64,000 bases of DNA from Candidatus Bathyarchaeota archaeon (GCA_963717465.1 OY970340.1:544001-608000); one strand, 5' to 3'; counted from the first letter of the stretch, positions 10,959 through 21,691 are shown. Notes: generated from the sequence alone by a model not told the origin. Made by a program: numbers and translations.

Positions 10959-11853
10959 GTCTTCAGCTTTAGGCAAACCTTCGCGGGCTCCCATTTTCAT
11001 CACTGACCTTGAAGCAACAAAATTGCCCAGTCGCCCACATTCCTGCAGATTTTTCTCTTTAAGTAAACCATAGAGGAAGCCAGCGTTAAAGGCGTCACCA
11101 GCTCCGGTTGTATCAACAACCTTAACTTTGAATGACTCTATCATGAAGCGTTCATGCCCATCTGTAACGTAAGCAGCCATTGCTGCCAAGTTTAACGGCG
11201 ACAATTTTAACGCCTTTATCGATCATGAAGTCTGCACTTCTACTGTAGTCGTGTTCGCCCGTTAAAAGTTCAAGTTCAAACGCGTTTGGCAGCAGAAGAT
11301 AAGTCTTGTTTATAATCTCCTCTAAAGCCTCCATGCCTTTTCTCGCGTAAACTGCACCAGGGTCAAAACTTACTTTCACGCTATTGGGAAGGGCAGTAAG
11401 GAGTTTTTTTTGTGTTTGCATTGATTTTTCTCCGACAAAAGAGGTTAAATGGATAAACTTTGATTTGAAACCATAATCTTGGTTTATCTCTTCAAGGGAT
11501 ATCGTGTCGTTAACGCCTGAGTTAATGTACAGGGCTCTTGCACCTTTCTTGTCAACGAAGCCGAGCACTGAACCACTTTTTCCCGTGGCATGAATTATTC
11601 CGTTTGTGTTGACGCCTTCTTTTTCGAAGCCTTTGCAGAGAAATTCGCCTTCTCTATCGTCTCCGACTTTGCCTATGAAGCCTGCTTTGCAGCCAAGCCT
11701 TGCAAGTCCAACAATCGTGTTTGCTGCTGAGCCTCCGCATGCTTCAACGTAATCTTCAATGAAGCTTTCCTCTTCTGCTTTCGCGATACGGTTTACTTTG
11801 AAGAGCGTGTCAACGTTGAGTGCCCCAAAGCCTACAACATCAAAATTTGTCAT
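10941..11853 (-). CDS. PfkB/ribokinase-family kinase (EhaT-like), frameshift near 11170
   Basis: [32 protein letters not shown]; start overlaps the stop of the Ftr-like gene. Confidence 0.88.
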
Positions 11854-12761
11854 GGAAACAACTCACGCAATGATATTATGTAATCCCCCAGTTTACCGCC
11901 GTAATTGCCAGCAGAAACCTTGACAACTCCATCAACACCTAAAACAGCTTGAATACCTACTTTCGTAGCTTTTTTTACTGCATCCAAAGAAACTCCGTTT
12001 AACACTATCTCCGCAATGTAACCCACGCCTTTTGGAACTTGAGATTCACCAGCTAACCGTTCTCGGAGGCTGGGACAATACGGGTGATTAGTTGTAGGAC
12101 CTATCTGCGGGAAATGTGTTTCAGGCTTTGAGCCGGCAGAGCAAACATCAAAAGGAGTAACTACATCATTCACCTTGCGGATTGCCGCTAACGCTTTTTG
12201 AGAGGCTTTTTTGAAGGATTCTTTTGAAGTGCACATTATCCAAAAGTTGCCGCCCATAACGCCCCTTGCATACCCTAAGTATCGTTCAATGATGAAGTCT
12301 GGAACCATTAGTGGAACAACGATTACTTCTCTGCCATAACGGTTTTCAACCCATTCGTAACCGTCTCCGCAGTGGCCCACACGCTCCATCATATCCAGTT
12401 TTCCCTCAGGCGAAGGCAAAGCGTCAAAAACAGCGGTGAAAGGCTTGACAAGTATATCTTGACGAATTCGATAGGAGAGTTCAGCTTCAAACTTTTTCAG
12501 TGATTCAGCGAATGTTTTTTTTGGGTTTATTGCACCCCAGAACTGCACTAAGGCGCCTTTACGTTTATCAGGCGTTTCCTTTTCGCTTAGCCACCGTTCT
12601 ATTCCACCTTCAACTCTGCCGATAACAACCGATGGTGTTGCAGTTGAATCCTCAGCAGCCTGCCTAAGGGTCTGTTCATCATCCGCCGTTACAATAAACC
12701 TGCAATATATTCCAGCAAACGCCTCAGCATAAGTATCCTCAACTAAGGGTTTTTTAACCAT
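11850..12761 (-). CDS. ftr: Formylmethanofuran:H4MPT formyltransferase paralogue (Ftr-2/EhaS-like)
   Basis: Ftr-family motifs [35 protein letters not shown]; divergent blocks [29 protein letters not shown]. Confidence 0.85.
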   Translation of the reverse strand: MVKKPLVEDTYAEAFAGIYCRFIVTADDEQTLRQAAEDSTATPSVVIGRVEGGIERWLSEKETPDKRKGALVQFWGAINPKKTFAESLKKFEAELSYRIRQDILVKPFTAVFDALPSPEGKLDMMERVGHCGDGYEWVENRYGREVIVVPLMVPDFIIERYLGYARGVMGGNFWIMCTSKESFKKASQKALAAIRKVNDVVTPFDVCSAGSKPETHFPQIGPTTNHPYCPSLRERLAGESQVPKGVGYIAEIVLNGVSLDAVKKATKVGIQAVLGVDGVVKVSAGNYGGKLGDYIISLRELFP

Positions 12762-13834
12762 TCATCCAAGCCTCCCAATTGCTACTCCGCGAACTTTCTT
12801 GCGAAATTCGCTGCTCTCTTTAACTAACGATTCCATATTTTGAGGAGTTACTATTTGAACTTTGGGAAAAACAGCCAATTCTTTCAGCAAAGTTTCACCT
12901 ATGCCTAAGCTGCTTGAGCAGTTTAGGAGACCATGATTTGATTGCATCCAACGTTTTGGCTTTTCCCAATTTACAGAAAATCTCCATGATAACAGCAGTC
13001 ACAAGGTTACTTTCAGATAAAACGGCGATTTGAGCGTTTTTTACTGCGTAACCGTTACCGTTAAAGGAAACCGTTAATCCATCATGACTCATTCACAAGT
13101 TTGAAGGCTTCAACATCAGTTATGCTGTCGCCAACATACAATACATCCTCTAATTTAGCTTCCAAGCGTTTTACTGCGTCTTGGATGGCTTCAGCTTTCT
13201 GCTGTCCACCAACAGTTGTCACCTCAGCAAAAATTCTTCCAACACTCATTCTTGGGATTTGCACCCAGAAAATCTCGTCAAGCCGCCTCAAGGTTTCTTG
13301 GTCTTTTTGGGAAAAGTCCTTGATGGATTTTGCTTCTTTGGGAATTTCGATTAGTGGCATTTGAGCAATTTCCAAAGCAATCATCTGCAAATCGTCGTTT
13401 CTTCTTCCGTTGTTGCTTGGTATTTGTTAAGGCAGAGTTTAGTGCAGTAAGTGTTCTTGTATGGAAACGTTAAAGCCTTACACAGAGGCTTTAGGTAATG
13501 CTCGTAACTTGTACTGACAATGAATGAGTCAGAAATCTCTTGAATATGACTCATGGTTTTTTTGCTGTCTGCAATCAAAACGATGTGTTCTGCAGAGAAA
13601 TCTTCCATCTGTTTATCGCTTACTTTGGTAAGCCTTGAAAAAGGGCAAAATCAACTTTAAAGTGCTGCCTGCAGTGTAACCTGGTTTTTGCAGTACATCT
13701 GCAAGTACATCATCATACTTGCTTATGTTAGTAAATAATTTTTCGCCTTCTGGAATAAAATGTGCTGCTAACTCGAATGCATTATCATTCTTGGATATTG
13801 GGCCTTCACAATCGGATACGAAGATGCGCTTCAC
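12762..13834 (-). CDS. HAD-superfamily hydrolase, EhaR-like (several frameshifts)
   Basis: GTG at 13834 just after the purD stop. HAD motifs in successive fragments: [44 protein letters not shown]; ends [10 protein letters not shown]. Confidence 0.8.
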
Positions 13835-13836
13835 GC

Positions 13837-15255
13837 TTAGCGCCTCAAATGCTCCATGTGGCTTACACTTTTTGCAATATGTGATTTTGAAGCTATGTCT
13901 GATCGGTTCCAAAGTGCGCCGCCAGTGATAGCTTTGGCGCCTTCTTGAGAGATTTGGCGTGCTTCCTCGATGGTTTTGCCTACGCCTAGAACGCCGACGG
14001 TTCTTGACTTCAGAGTCCAGTTCTTGCCATCGTTTGTTTCCATTGAGCCAGGGTAAATGCGGATTCTATCACCGTATTTACTTGTCAATGCGTAAGCTTT
14101 TGAGAGGTCAATTGGAGTATGTAACTGCTGATTTATCCACTTTGTCTGGATAAACTTCTTTATAGCCGCCGTAGTCTGATGGCACTTTGTAAGTTAACAC
14201 GGTTGCTGCATTCTCAACTTGCAGACTGGTCAGGTTGCCCTCAATCATTTTGAAGCAGACATCGACAAAATCATCCTTTATTATTGGCAGTATATTGATG
14301 ATTTCAGGGTCTCCTGGGCGACTGTTGTTTTCAAGAACTTTAATGCCTTTGCCAGTATGCATGAAGGCAAGATACAAGGGCACGCCGCGTAAAGCTGAAG
14401 CGTCCTTAATTTGCGATTGCCATCCATTAAAGATTTTTTAGCTAACTCAATTTCATGTTTTCGTTCTGCTTTAGTTAGGAAAGGCAACTTGCCATCTGCA
14501 TCTTTGTAGGAGCCCATTCCTCCAGTGTTTGGGCCCTTATCATCATCAAAAGCCCGTTTATAATCGCGAGTATCAGGTAACGGAATAAAGTGTTTTCCGT
14601 CGCAAAAAGCCATGAAGCTGGATTCTTCTCCATCTACTTTTTCCTCGATTATCACTGAGCCGTACTGGAAGTTTGATAGAGAAATACTCAAAAAGTTCTT
14701 CTCTTGTGGTAAAATGGTCGCCCCAAACGCCGACGCCTTTTCCTGCAGCAGGCTTATCAGGTTTCACTACTGCTTGGTTGTCCAGTTCATCAAGCCATTT
14801 ATAGACGTCTTTTTTGACTTCATCTTTGCCTTTGTAATCGTTTGGGTTGAAAATCTTGAAACGCGGGTTTGCTTCTGGCGCTATCTCTTGAAACAATAAA
14901 CGTTGCTTTACCTTGCTTTCTTCTATGGCGTATTCTTGCTTGGGACAAATTACAGGTATTCCAGTTTGCTTTTCGACGAGGTCTCTTATGCCGTCGATTA
15001 TTGGTTTTTCAGAACCAACTAGCGCAAAATCAATGTTGCCTTGTTTTCTTTTGCAAACTTGCAAATTTGAGCAACATCCAAGTTGGGGATAACAACATGT
15101 TTAACGGCTTTTTCAACGTTGAATGGGTTACGTTGTTTATCGGCAATGTACAAGTCTACTTTGTATTTTTGGCTTCTTGCAAGTGCATCAACCATGGCAG
15201 CTTCTCTTGACCCATAGGAAACAACTAACACGCCAATCTTTTCCATAAGAGACAA
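13837..15255 (-). CDS. purD: Phosphoribosylamine-glycine ligase (several frameshifts)
   Basis: [67 protein letters not shown]. Confidence 0.92.
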
Positions 15256-15289
15256 CCTGTACCTGCATAGTTTAGCATGAACGCTTAAT

Positions 15290-16789
15290 TTACTTTGTCA
15301 CGGTTCGGGATTCGGGGGTTTCATCCATTTCGTAAATTCGTGTTTTTTCTTGGTAGCCGTTTTCGAATTTCTTTTTCATTTCATCAGCCATTTGCTGTGC
15401 GAGGGGTGTTGGGTACTTGCCAGTTATGCAAGCTAAGCATAATTGGTCGCGGGTTTTGCCTGTTGAACGTATTAGCGCCTCAATGGATTGGTAGCAAACG
15501 TTGTCTGCGCCTATAATTTTGGCAATTTCTTGAGCGTTATGTTTTGAACCGACGAGTTGTCCGTAAGTTGACATGTCAATTCCGTAGAAGCAGGGACCGA
15601 TTATTCTGGGAAAAGTCACGAAAACATGTACTTTCTTAGCGCCTGAACGACGCAGTTTATCAATTATAACTTTTGTTGTATCTCCACGAACGATGCTGTC
15701 TTCAGTTACTATTACACGTTTACCGTCAACTTTTGAACCTAAAATGTTAATTTTCTTATCAATCGTTAAGAAACGCTCATTGTTTAATAGTATGAAGGCT
15801 CGCTCAGTTACGTACCTGTGCCGCCTTGACGCTCGCTCCCATCGCAGTCCCGAGGCTTCATGTACCCCCATAGCGGGATCATCGCCGGTTTCAGGTATTG
15901 AAAGTATAATATCTCCATCTTTGGCAATTTCAGGATACTCTTTCACTATGTTTCGTCCGAAGTCTTCTCGGATTTCATACACATATTTTCCATTGAATTT
16001 TGAATCAGGTCTTGCAAAATATGCATATTCAAACGCGCAGAAAGCTTCTCGGGGATTCTTGATTAATTGTTCCCGTTTAAAGCCGTCTTTTGTAACTGTT
16101 ACAAGTTCACCAGGGTTAAGCTCGAAGTCTCGTACAAGACTATTCATGTCTAAACTTACTGTTTCAGAGGAAAAAGCAAAAGTTGCCCCGTCAAGTCCAT
16201 GTCCAGCACATAAGGGTTTTATTCCATGTGGATCTTTGAAGGCAAAGAATTCGCCTTCGCCTGTTATTCCAGTTACGGAGAATGCGCCGTCTAAGACTTC
16301 CATGCAGGATTGAACGGCAGATTTTAGGTCTTTTCCCTCTTTAAGCCCTAAGAGAAGTTTGTGGCAGAGTATGTCCGAATCGCATGTGTAATTAAAGTCT
16401 GGGAAGTTTTGGTCCATTTCTTTTTTTAATGGCGCAGTATTAACTATGTTGCCGTTGAATGATAACGCGATTTTTATTTTACCTTCTGAGGCTGTAACTG
16501 GCTGAGTCCCTTTAATCAGGGAGGATTCATCGCATTTACCTGACGTTGTGTATCGAACATTGCCGATGCCTATGGATCCTGGCAAGCGCCCGAACCATTC
16601 ATTTATTGCACTGGTTTTTATTTTTGGAACTAAATCGAGGTTTTTGTAAATGTAAAATTGCTTGTTGTTGTATGTTAGAAAGCCGTGTGATTGGTGACCT
16701 CTGTGATTTTGGGCTCTTAGCCCCCAATAAACGTATGGAAAAACAGGTATGTTTTCGAAGTTTATTGCACCAAAGATACCGCAGCCTAT
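15290..16789 (-). CDS. purF: Amidophosphoribosyltransferase
   Basis: Frame stays open upstream of the track start and reads IGCGIFGA...QNHRGHQSHG (Ntn Cys at 16781-16783). Also NGNIVN, DPHGIKPL, CAFEYAYFARPDS, EDSIVRGDT, PCFYGID, CLAC. Exact start uncertain. Confidence 0.92.
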   Translation of the reverse strand: MGCGIFGAINFENIPVFPYVYWGLRAQNHRGHQSHGFLTYNNKQFYIYKNLDLVPKIKTSAINEWFGRLPGSIGIGNVRYTTSGKCDESSLIKGTQPVTASEGKIKIALSFNGNIVNTAPLKKEMDQNFPDFNYTCDSDILCHKLLLGLKEGKDLKSAVQSCMEVLDGAFSVTGITGEGEFFAFKDPHGIKPLCAGHGLDGATFAFSSETVSLDMNSLVRDFELNPGELVTVTKDGFKREQLIKNPREAFCAFEYAYFARPDSKFNGKYVYEIREDFGRNIVKEYPEIAKDGDIILSIPETGDDPAMGVHEASGLRWERASRRHRYVTERAFILLNNERFLTIDKKINILGSKVDGKRVIVTEDSIVRGDTTKVIIDKLRRSGAKKVHVFVTFPRIIGPCFYGIDMSTYGQLVGSKHNAQEIAKIIGADNVCYQSIEALIRSTGKTRDQLCLACITGKYPTPLAQQMADEMKKKFENGYQEKTRIYEMDETPESRTVTK

Positions 16790-17130
16790 TTTTTGATCCC
16801 TTCTCCTTCGTATAATAGAATGTGGAGATAATTGAAAAGGGGTTTATTAGCTTTTAGTACATATTTGGATAAAAAGCATGAGCATTTTTTACATAAGATA
16901 ATTGAAACTCTTTTTTGATGGGATGAAGGGATTGTTTGTAGGTGTTTTAGACGTACAATATTAAATTTGCGAAAACACTATTAGTAATAAACGTTGAAAA
17001 ATTGCCTGTGTAAACGTTTGTTGTTGCATGGGTCAAGATTGTTTTGTGTCTTGAGTCTTAATATAGATTTTTGAGTTAGACTGTTATTTTTTAGGTTTAA
17101 GCAGTAAAGAGAATATTGAATCATGCGACA

Positions 17131-17287
17131 GAAGATATTTATAAAGAGTCACCCCTTTCATGTTGCAAAGATGAGTCGGCGAAAAACTATGTTACCCAAA
17201 AAAATAATCAAACAAGAACAAGTCAATAAGACTGTACAATTCCAAAGCCAACAGACTCATCACAAACCTCATGCACTAGGAGGTGAA
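17131..17287 (+). promoter_or_regulatory. BRE/TATA promoter, long leader and SD of the first pilin/archaellin-like gene
   Basis: Purine-rich stretch followed by TTTATAAA at 17138-17145; AGGAGGTGA at about 17278-17286. Confidence 0.55.
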
Positions 17288-17295
17288 ATGATACA

Positions 17296-17890
17296 ATGAA
17301 CTACAATAACATGCACAAATTGCTAAAGAACCGCGTAGCACTCAGCCACTGTCGTAACCACACTTATCATCCTAGTCATTGCAGTCCTGCTCGCCAGCGT
17401 AGTCACATACTTCGCTATCAACGTAGTCAGCACAAGAGTTCAAGAAGAAAGCTTAGCTCTAACAAAACAACACGTTTGGTACAACGCAACTGATGGATCC
17501 ACCCAAGCAGCCTTATTGATAATTAACACTGGCGGTAGAGACGTAGTCATACAGAAGTTTGCCGTCCGAGGACAAAACGTAAACTGGGCCAATGTTACCT
17601 ATGCCACCACGACAGAGTCAATAGCCGCTGACCTATTATGCAACTGCAGCTCACAAGATGGTCAAGGCATACAAGCAGGTTCCTTCACAATAGGAACAAC
17701 AGATCCAGCAAATGTAACAATGTATACGGCTGCTGATTCACTAACACTGCGATCAGGTTACACAATGGTACTCTACATTAACGGCCCAGACAGCATCACA
17801 ATCAACGACGTAGGCTTAACCGTAAGCATAACCCTCAACACAGCCCAAGCAATGTACTACGTGGAAAGTAACGTACAAGCAATAAATTAA
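17296..17890 (+). CDS. Type IV pilin/archaellin-like protein 1 (frameshift near 17346)
   Basis: Removing one base gives KLLKNRVA/LSTVVTTLIILVIAVLLASVVTYFAINVVSTRVQEESL, in frame with ORF 17516-17890. Clear paralogue of 18052-18609; class III signal peptide. Confidence 0.85.
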
Positions 17891-18051
17891 AAGCAGCAAA
17901 CAGCGCAAATTAAGAAACAATAAATGATACAAAGCAAGATCACCCAAGTTTTTTTCATTTTTTTCTTCTATCAAAAAAGTATGTAACTTTATTCTACGCA
18001 CAAATTTACATATCAAAAATTTGAGTTAATTGATTTTTCAAGTGAATAAAA

Positions 18052-18609
18052 ATGAGAAATATACTAAGAAATCGTTTGGCTTTAAGTACAGTCGTAACAA
18101 CTTTGATTATCCTTGTCGTTTCAGTGCTACTCGCAGGAGTCGTAACCTACTTTGCAATCAACGTAACCAGCACCAGAGTGCAAGAAGAAAGTTTATCGCT
18201 TACTAAGCTTCACGTATGGTGTCCAGCAAACAGCTCTCTAAGCCCTCAAGCAGCATTCTTGATAATTAACACTGGCGGACGCGACGTAGTCATACAAAAA
18301 ATGACGGTCAGAGGACAAGCAGCCGATTGGACTAACGTCTTCTACAACACTACAGGTTCATCGGTGACAAGTGACTTCACATACGTTAATTCTGTAGCAG
18401 CCAGCTCCTCAGTCAACATAACCGCTTCAAGCACTGTTACATTATCTGCAGCTACAGGCGAGTTAACTTTGGATTCAGGTAAAAGCATGGTTGTCTTCAT
18501 TTCCAGTCCAGACAGCATCACCATCAACGACATCGGCCTGACTGTTGGTATAACAGTCTTCACCTCGCAAGCAATGTACTATCAAGAAGCCAACGTACAA
18601 GCAGCTTAA
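18052..18609 (+). CDS. Type IV pilin/archaellin-like protein 2
   Basis: RNRLA/LSTVVTTLIILVVSVLLAGVVTYFA class III signal and helix; Ser/Thr-rich beta domain with N-x-S/T sequons. Confidence 0.88.
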   Translation: MRNILRNRLALSTVVTTLIILVVSVLLAGVVTYFAINVTSTRVQEESLSLTKLHVWCPANSSLSPQAAFLIINTGGRDVVIQKMTVRGQAADWTNVFYNTTGSSVTSDFTYVNSVAASSSVNITASSTVTLSAATGELTLDSGKSMVVFISSPDSITINDIGLTVGITVFTSQAMYYQEANVQAA

Positions 18610-18637
18610 ACAAAATCTTCATAACAACCCCCACATC

Positions 18638-18660
18638 CTTTCTTTTTTTGTTATATTTTA
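18638..18660 (+). terminator. Oligo-T archaeal terminator-like tract
   Basis: tttctttttttgttatatttt about 30 nt after the stop of 18052-18609. Confidence 0.45.
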
Positions 18661-18825
18661 AAACTTGTAAATTCTACAAAAATAAAATTAACAATTCAGA
18701 AATTTTTTCTAAAAAATGAAGCCAGCATAAAGATTTTCAATAACTATCTGTAATTTTTTTTACGCACAAACGCTTAATCCACTTTTTTAAAGAAAGACTA
18801 CGTAAGGCAATAGGAAGATACTAAT

Positions 18826-19659
18826 TTGAAAAGATTGACGAAGACGAAACTTGGATTTCATCATTCGAAAAAAGCGCTAGCTGTTCCTGTTACCTTCATG
18901 ATTCTTTTCGTGACATCTTTGGGTCTGATCTCAGTTATGTATTATTTTTCGGTGGAAAGGATAAACTCTCAAAGCACTACTTTAGAGGCTTCAACGGCAA
19001 AACAGGACATGATGTCGTTGGATCAAGCCATTTTATCTGCTGCATGGCAACCTGGCTCCTCAAGAGTGATAGACATTAGAGATTCAGGAGGGGAAACAAA
19101 CATCCAACCATTAACTAACGATTTATCAATCAGCGTCACCGATGACGTGAACATTAGCCAAGTTATATACAATCAAACGATTGGGCAAGTCATCTATGAC
19201 CTCCCAAGCACATATTCAGCCGACATAGGCTTATACCTTTCAGGAGACGGCCGCACTATCATAAACGATAGCAGTTCCGTCATGACACAACTCTACATCA
19301 CTAATGTTGGTGAAGGACCTGAAATTTCACTATGCTATCGCCCAGAGGTATCGTACTTCACAAGCGGACAAGAAAATGGTGAAACCGTTAACGACCTGCG
19401 AATTTACATAATCAACCTGAACAGTTCAGACGCATTCGAGTTGTATGGTGAACTCCCGCTTAAAGTATCATGCGAATCAATTCAAACATCAACCTTAGCT
19501 TACAACGTTTCAAACAGCACTCAAGTCTTAAGCATAACATCAGTTTTAAACGGGGCATCAGGCCAAATTTCCGTTCCAATTTCGAGCACTGATAACGGGG
19601 CAATAATCAACGTGGAAATGGTTGTTTGCAACCTGAACATCACGAGGTGCGTGATTTAA
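18826..19659 (+). CDS. Minor pilin-like protein
   Basis: SKKA/LAVPVTFMILFV class III-like signal, beta-rich body; first gene of the pilus operon. Confidence 0.65.
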   Translation: MKRLTKTKLGFHHSKKALAVPVTFMILFVTSLGLISVMYYFSVERINSQSTTLEASTAKQDMMSLDQAILSAAWQPGSSRVIDIRDSGGETNIQPLTNDLSISVTDDVNISQVIYNQTIGQVIYDLPSTYSADIGLYLSGDGRTIINDSSSVMTQLYITNVGEGPEISLCYRPEVSYFTSGQENGETVNDLRIYIINLNSSDAFELYGELPLKVSCESIQTSTLAYNVSNSTQVLSITSVLNGASGQISVPISSTDNGAIINVEMVVCNLNITRCVI

Positions 19660-20107
19660 ATGCCGACAATCATTCCAGGTTACGTATACTCGATTTTTGC
19701 TTCAATCCTAGTTGGTGCCATAATAATTTGTGCCATAGGCGTCGTTTCAACAAATATTGAACAATCCACTGAAAAACAGCAGTTATCAAACCTTGCAGGA
19801 TACGTTGCTACAAAAAGCCTTGAACTAATCGACCAATCAATCGCCAGCAACACGAACTCCACCGTTCAATTAAACCTGCCAACATCCATCGGAAATCAAC
19901 AATACTGGATTTCAATTTCCAATGACTCAGCCAGTACAATGGGTGGAAGTAGGTTTTGGACCAAACGTTGTTTCCAGTGAGCAGCAAGCGTACATACCCT
20001 CAGAAGTTTCTGCTTCAGGTGTATATCTAAGCACTTCAGGCGCAGCTAGTCTGGAATGCTATTCAGACGTTTCCGGAATACATTTAACAATTTACGGAGG
20101 AAACTAA
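19660..20107 (+). CDS. Small pilus-associated membrane-anchored protein (frameshift near 19935)
   Basis: N-terminal TM helix, LNLPTSIGNQQY; continues in ORF 19922-20107, which abuts the ATPase start. Confidence 0.6.
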
Positions 20108-21688
20108 ATGCCATTTGGAAAAAAGAAAAATGAAGAAGAACAAGAAAAAGAGAAAATATCCGAAGAAGAATTAATAGGCTATTTAGGTATTCAAGGTGCC
20201 CGTGTACCCGAAGGGTACATACAGATCGAAAGTTACCCACTTAAACCGCCTTTCTCTTACGCTTGGATATTCCAAGATGAGTCTGACGGAAGCATGTTTT
20301 ATGTCGTGGACGAATTAACACTGTCTGTTGAGGAAAGGGACGCCTATAAGCGGTTAAAAAACATTTTAGAATATGAATTAAAAGCCCCCAAAATAGATGA
20401 GACTCTTGATGATTCATTCCATAGACAATTACCTCAAATAATGAAGGATCATGAGAAAGTCCTTTCTGGAATCAATCAAATAGGCATTAAGAAAATTACT
20501 TACTATCTCGAAAGGGATCTTATAGGATTTGGGAAAATAGACGCTTTGTTTTCCGACCCCTACATAGAAGACATCAGCTGCATAGGAGTTAATAAGCCAG
20601 TTTACCTTTGGCACAGAAAATATGAAAATGCTCGAACCAACATAATTTTCATAGAAGAAGAATACTTGGATGATTTCGTAACAAGGATAGTACACCGACA
20701 AGGCAAACATGTTAGCATTGCACACCCAATCGTGGACGTAACTCTTCCAGGTAAACACAGACTCGCAGTATCCTTTGGAAAAGAAACAACCCCAGCTGGA
20801 ACAAGCTTCACAATAAGAAAATTCAGAGAAGACCCATTAACAATCGTAGATTTAATTATGAATGAAACAATCGATGAAACAATCGCTGCCTACCTTTGGA
20901 TGCTTATGGAAAGCAAAATGTCCGCAATGATTGTTGGCCCCACAGGAGCAGGAAAAACAACAGCACTAAACGCGATTGCCTGCCTAATAAAACCAGACTA
21001 CAAAATCATCTCAGTCGAAGAAGTCGCTGAAATCAATCTTCCACAAGAAAACTGGGTTTCAACCATCGCCAGACAAGGATTTGGAGGAGACAAAGAAGGA
21101 GAAGTCTCACTTTACGAACTTATCAAATCAGCAGTCAGGCACCGACCTGCACTCATCCTGATAGGCGAGGTTAGAGGTGAAGAAGCATATGTCTTATTCC
21201 AAGCCTTAGCTACAGGTCACGGTGGAATCTGCACCATGCACGCTGAAGATGTTGAAACAGCCATAAAACGTCTGAACCAGCCACCAATGAATATTCCTCA
21301 AGGAGTCATTCCGCTTATGAACTGTGTGATAGTCGTCAAACAAAATAAAAACCCAAATTTCATTGCAATAGACAAGAAAGCTTCAAACAGAAAATTTGTT
21401 AGAATCTCAGAAATAAACCCGAGCGGAGCAATACATGATGTCTTCCAGTGGAACCCATCTTCCGAAACATTCACGCAGAACCTGGAGCAGAGTTATCTGC
21501 TTTCAAGAATAGCTAAAAACCTTGATGTTCCAATTGGAGTCGTTCTTCAAGAGATTGAAAGACGAGAAAAAATCTTGCTGAAGATGATTGAAAAGAACAT
21601 GCGCGACTTCCGAAGTGTACACAAAGCGCTAAACAGCACGGTAATATTGCCAGAATTAGAGATCAAAGAAACAGAAACGGAGCAATAA
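20108..21688 (+). CDS. Type IV pilus assembly ATPase (PilB/VirB11-like)
   Basis: GPTGAGKTT, SVEEVAE, RHRP..ILIGEVRGEEA, ATGHGGICTMHA. Confidence 0.92.
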   Translation: MPFGKKKNEEEQEKEKISEEELIGYLGIQGARVPEGYIQIESYPLKPPFSYAWIFQDESDGSMFYVVDELTLSVEERDAYKRLKNILEYELKAPKIDETLDDSFHRQLPQIMKDHEKVLSGINQIGIKKITYYLERDLIGFGKIDALFSDPYIEDISCIGVNKPVYLWHRKYENARTNIIFIEEEYLDDFVTRIVHRQGKHVSIAHPIVDVTLPGKHRLAVSFGKETTPAGTSFTIRKFREDPLTIVDLIMNETIDETIAAYLWMLMESKMSAMIVGPTGAGKTTALNAIACLIKPDYKIISVEEVAEINLPQENWVSTIARQGFGGDKEGEVSLYELIKSAVRHRPALILIGEVRGEEAYVLFQALATGHGGICTMHAEDVETAIKRLNQPPMNIPQGVIPLMNCVIVVKQNKNPNFIAIDKKASNRKFVRISEINPSGAIHDVFQWNPSSETFTQNLEQSYLLSRIAKNLDVPIGVVLQEIERREKILLKMIEKNMRDFRSVHKALNSTVILPELEIKETETEQ

Positions 21689-21691
21689 CAA

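Noticed and set aside
12762..13834. Energy-converting hydrogenase (Eha) locus
   Set aside because: Only EhaR/S/T-like genes are present; there are no NiFe or membrane hydrogenase subunits in the window.
7751..15255. Apparent mass pseudogenisation or programmed frameshifting of purL, purQ, purD and others (also cdhA, cdhD, cofC, cofE, pilC, vWA)
   Set aside because: Breaks are single-base indels scattered over unrelated core genes whose motifs are otherwise intact, with no shared slippery signal. Long-read consensus error is the simplest explanation; read polishing would confirm it.
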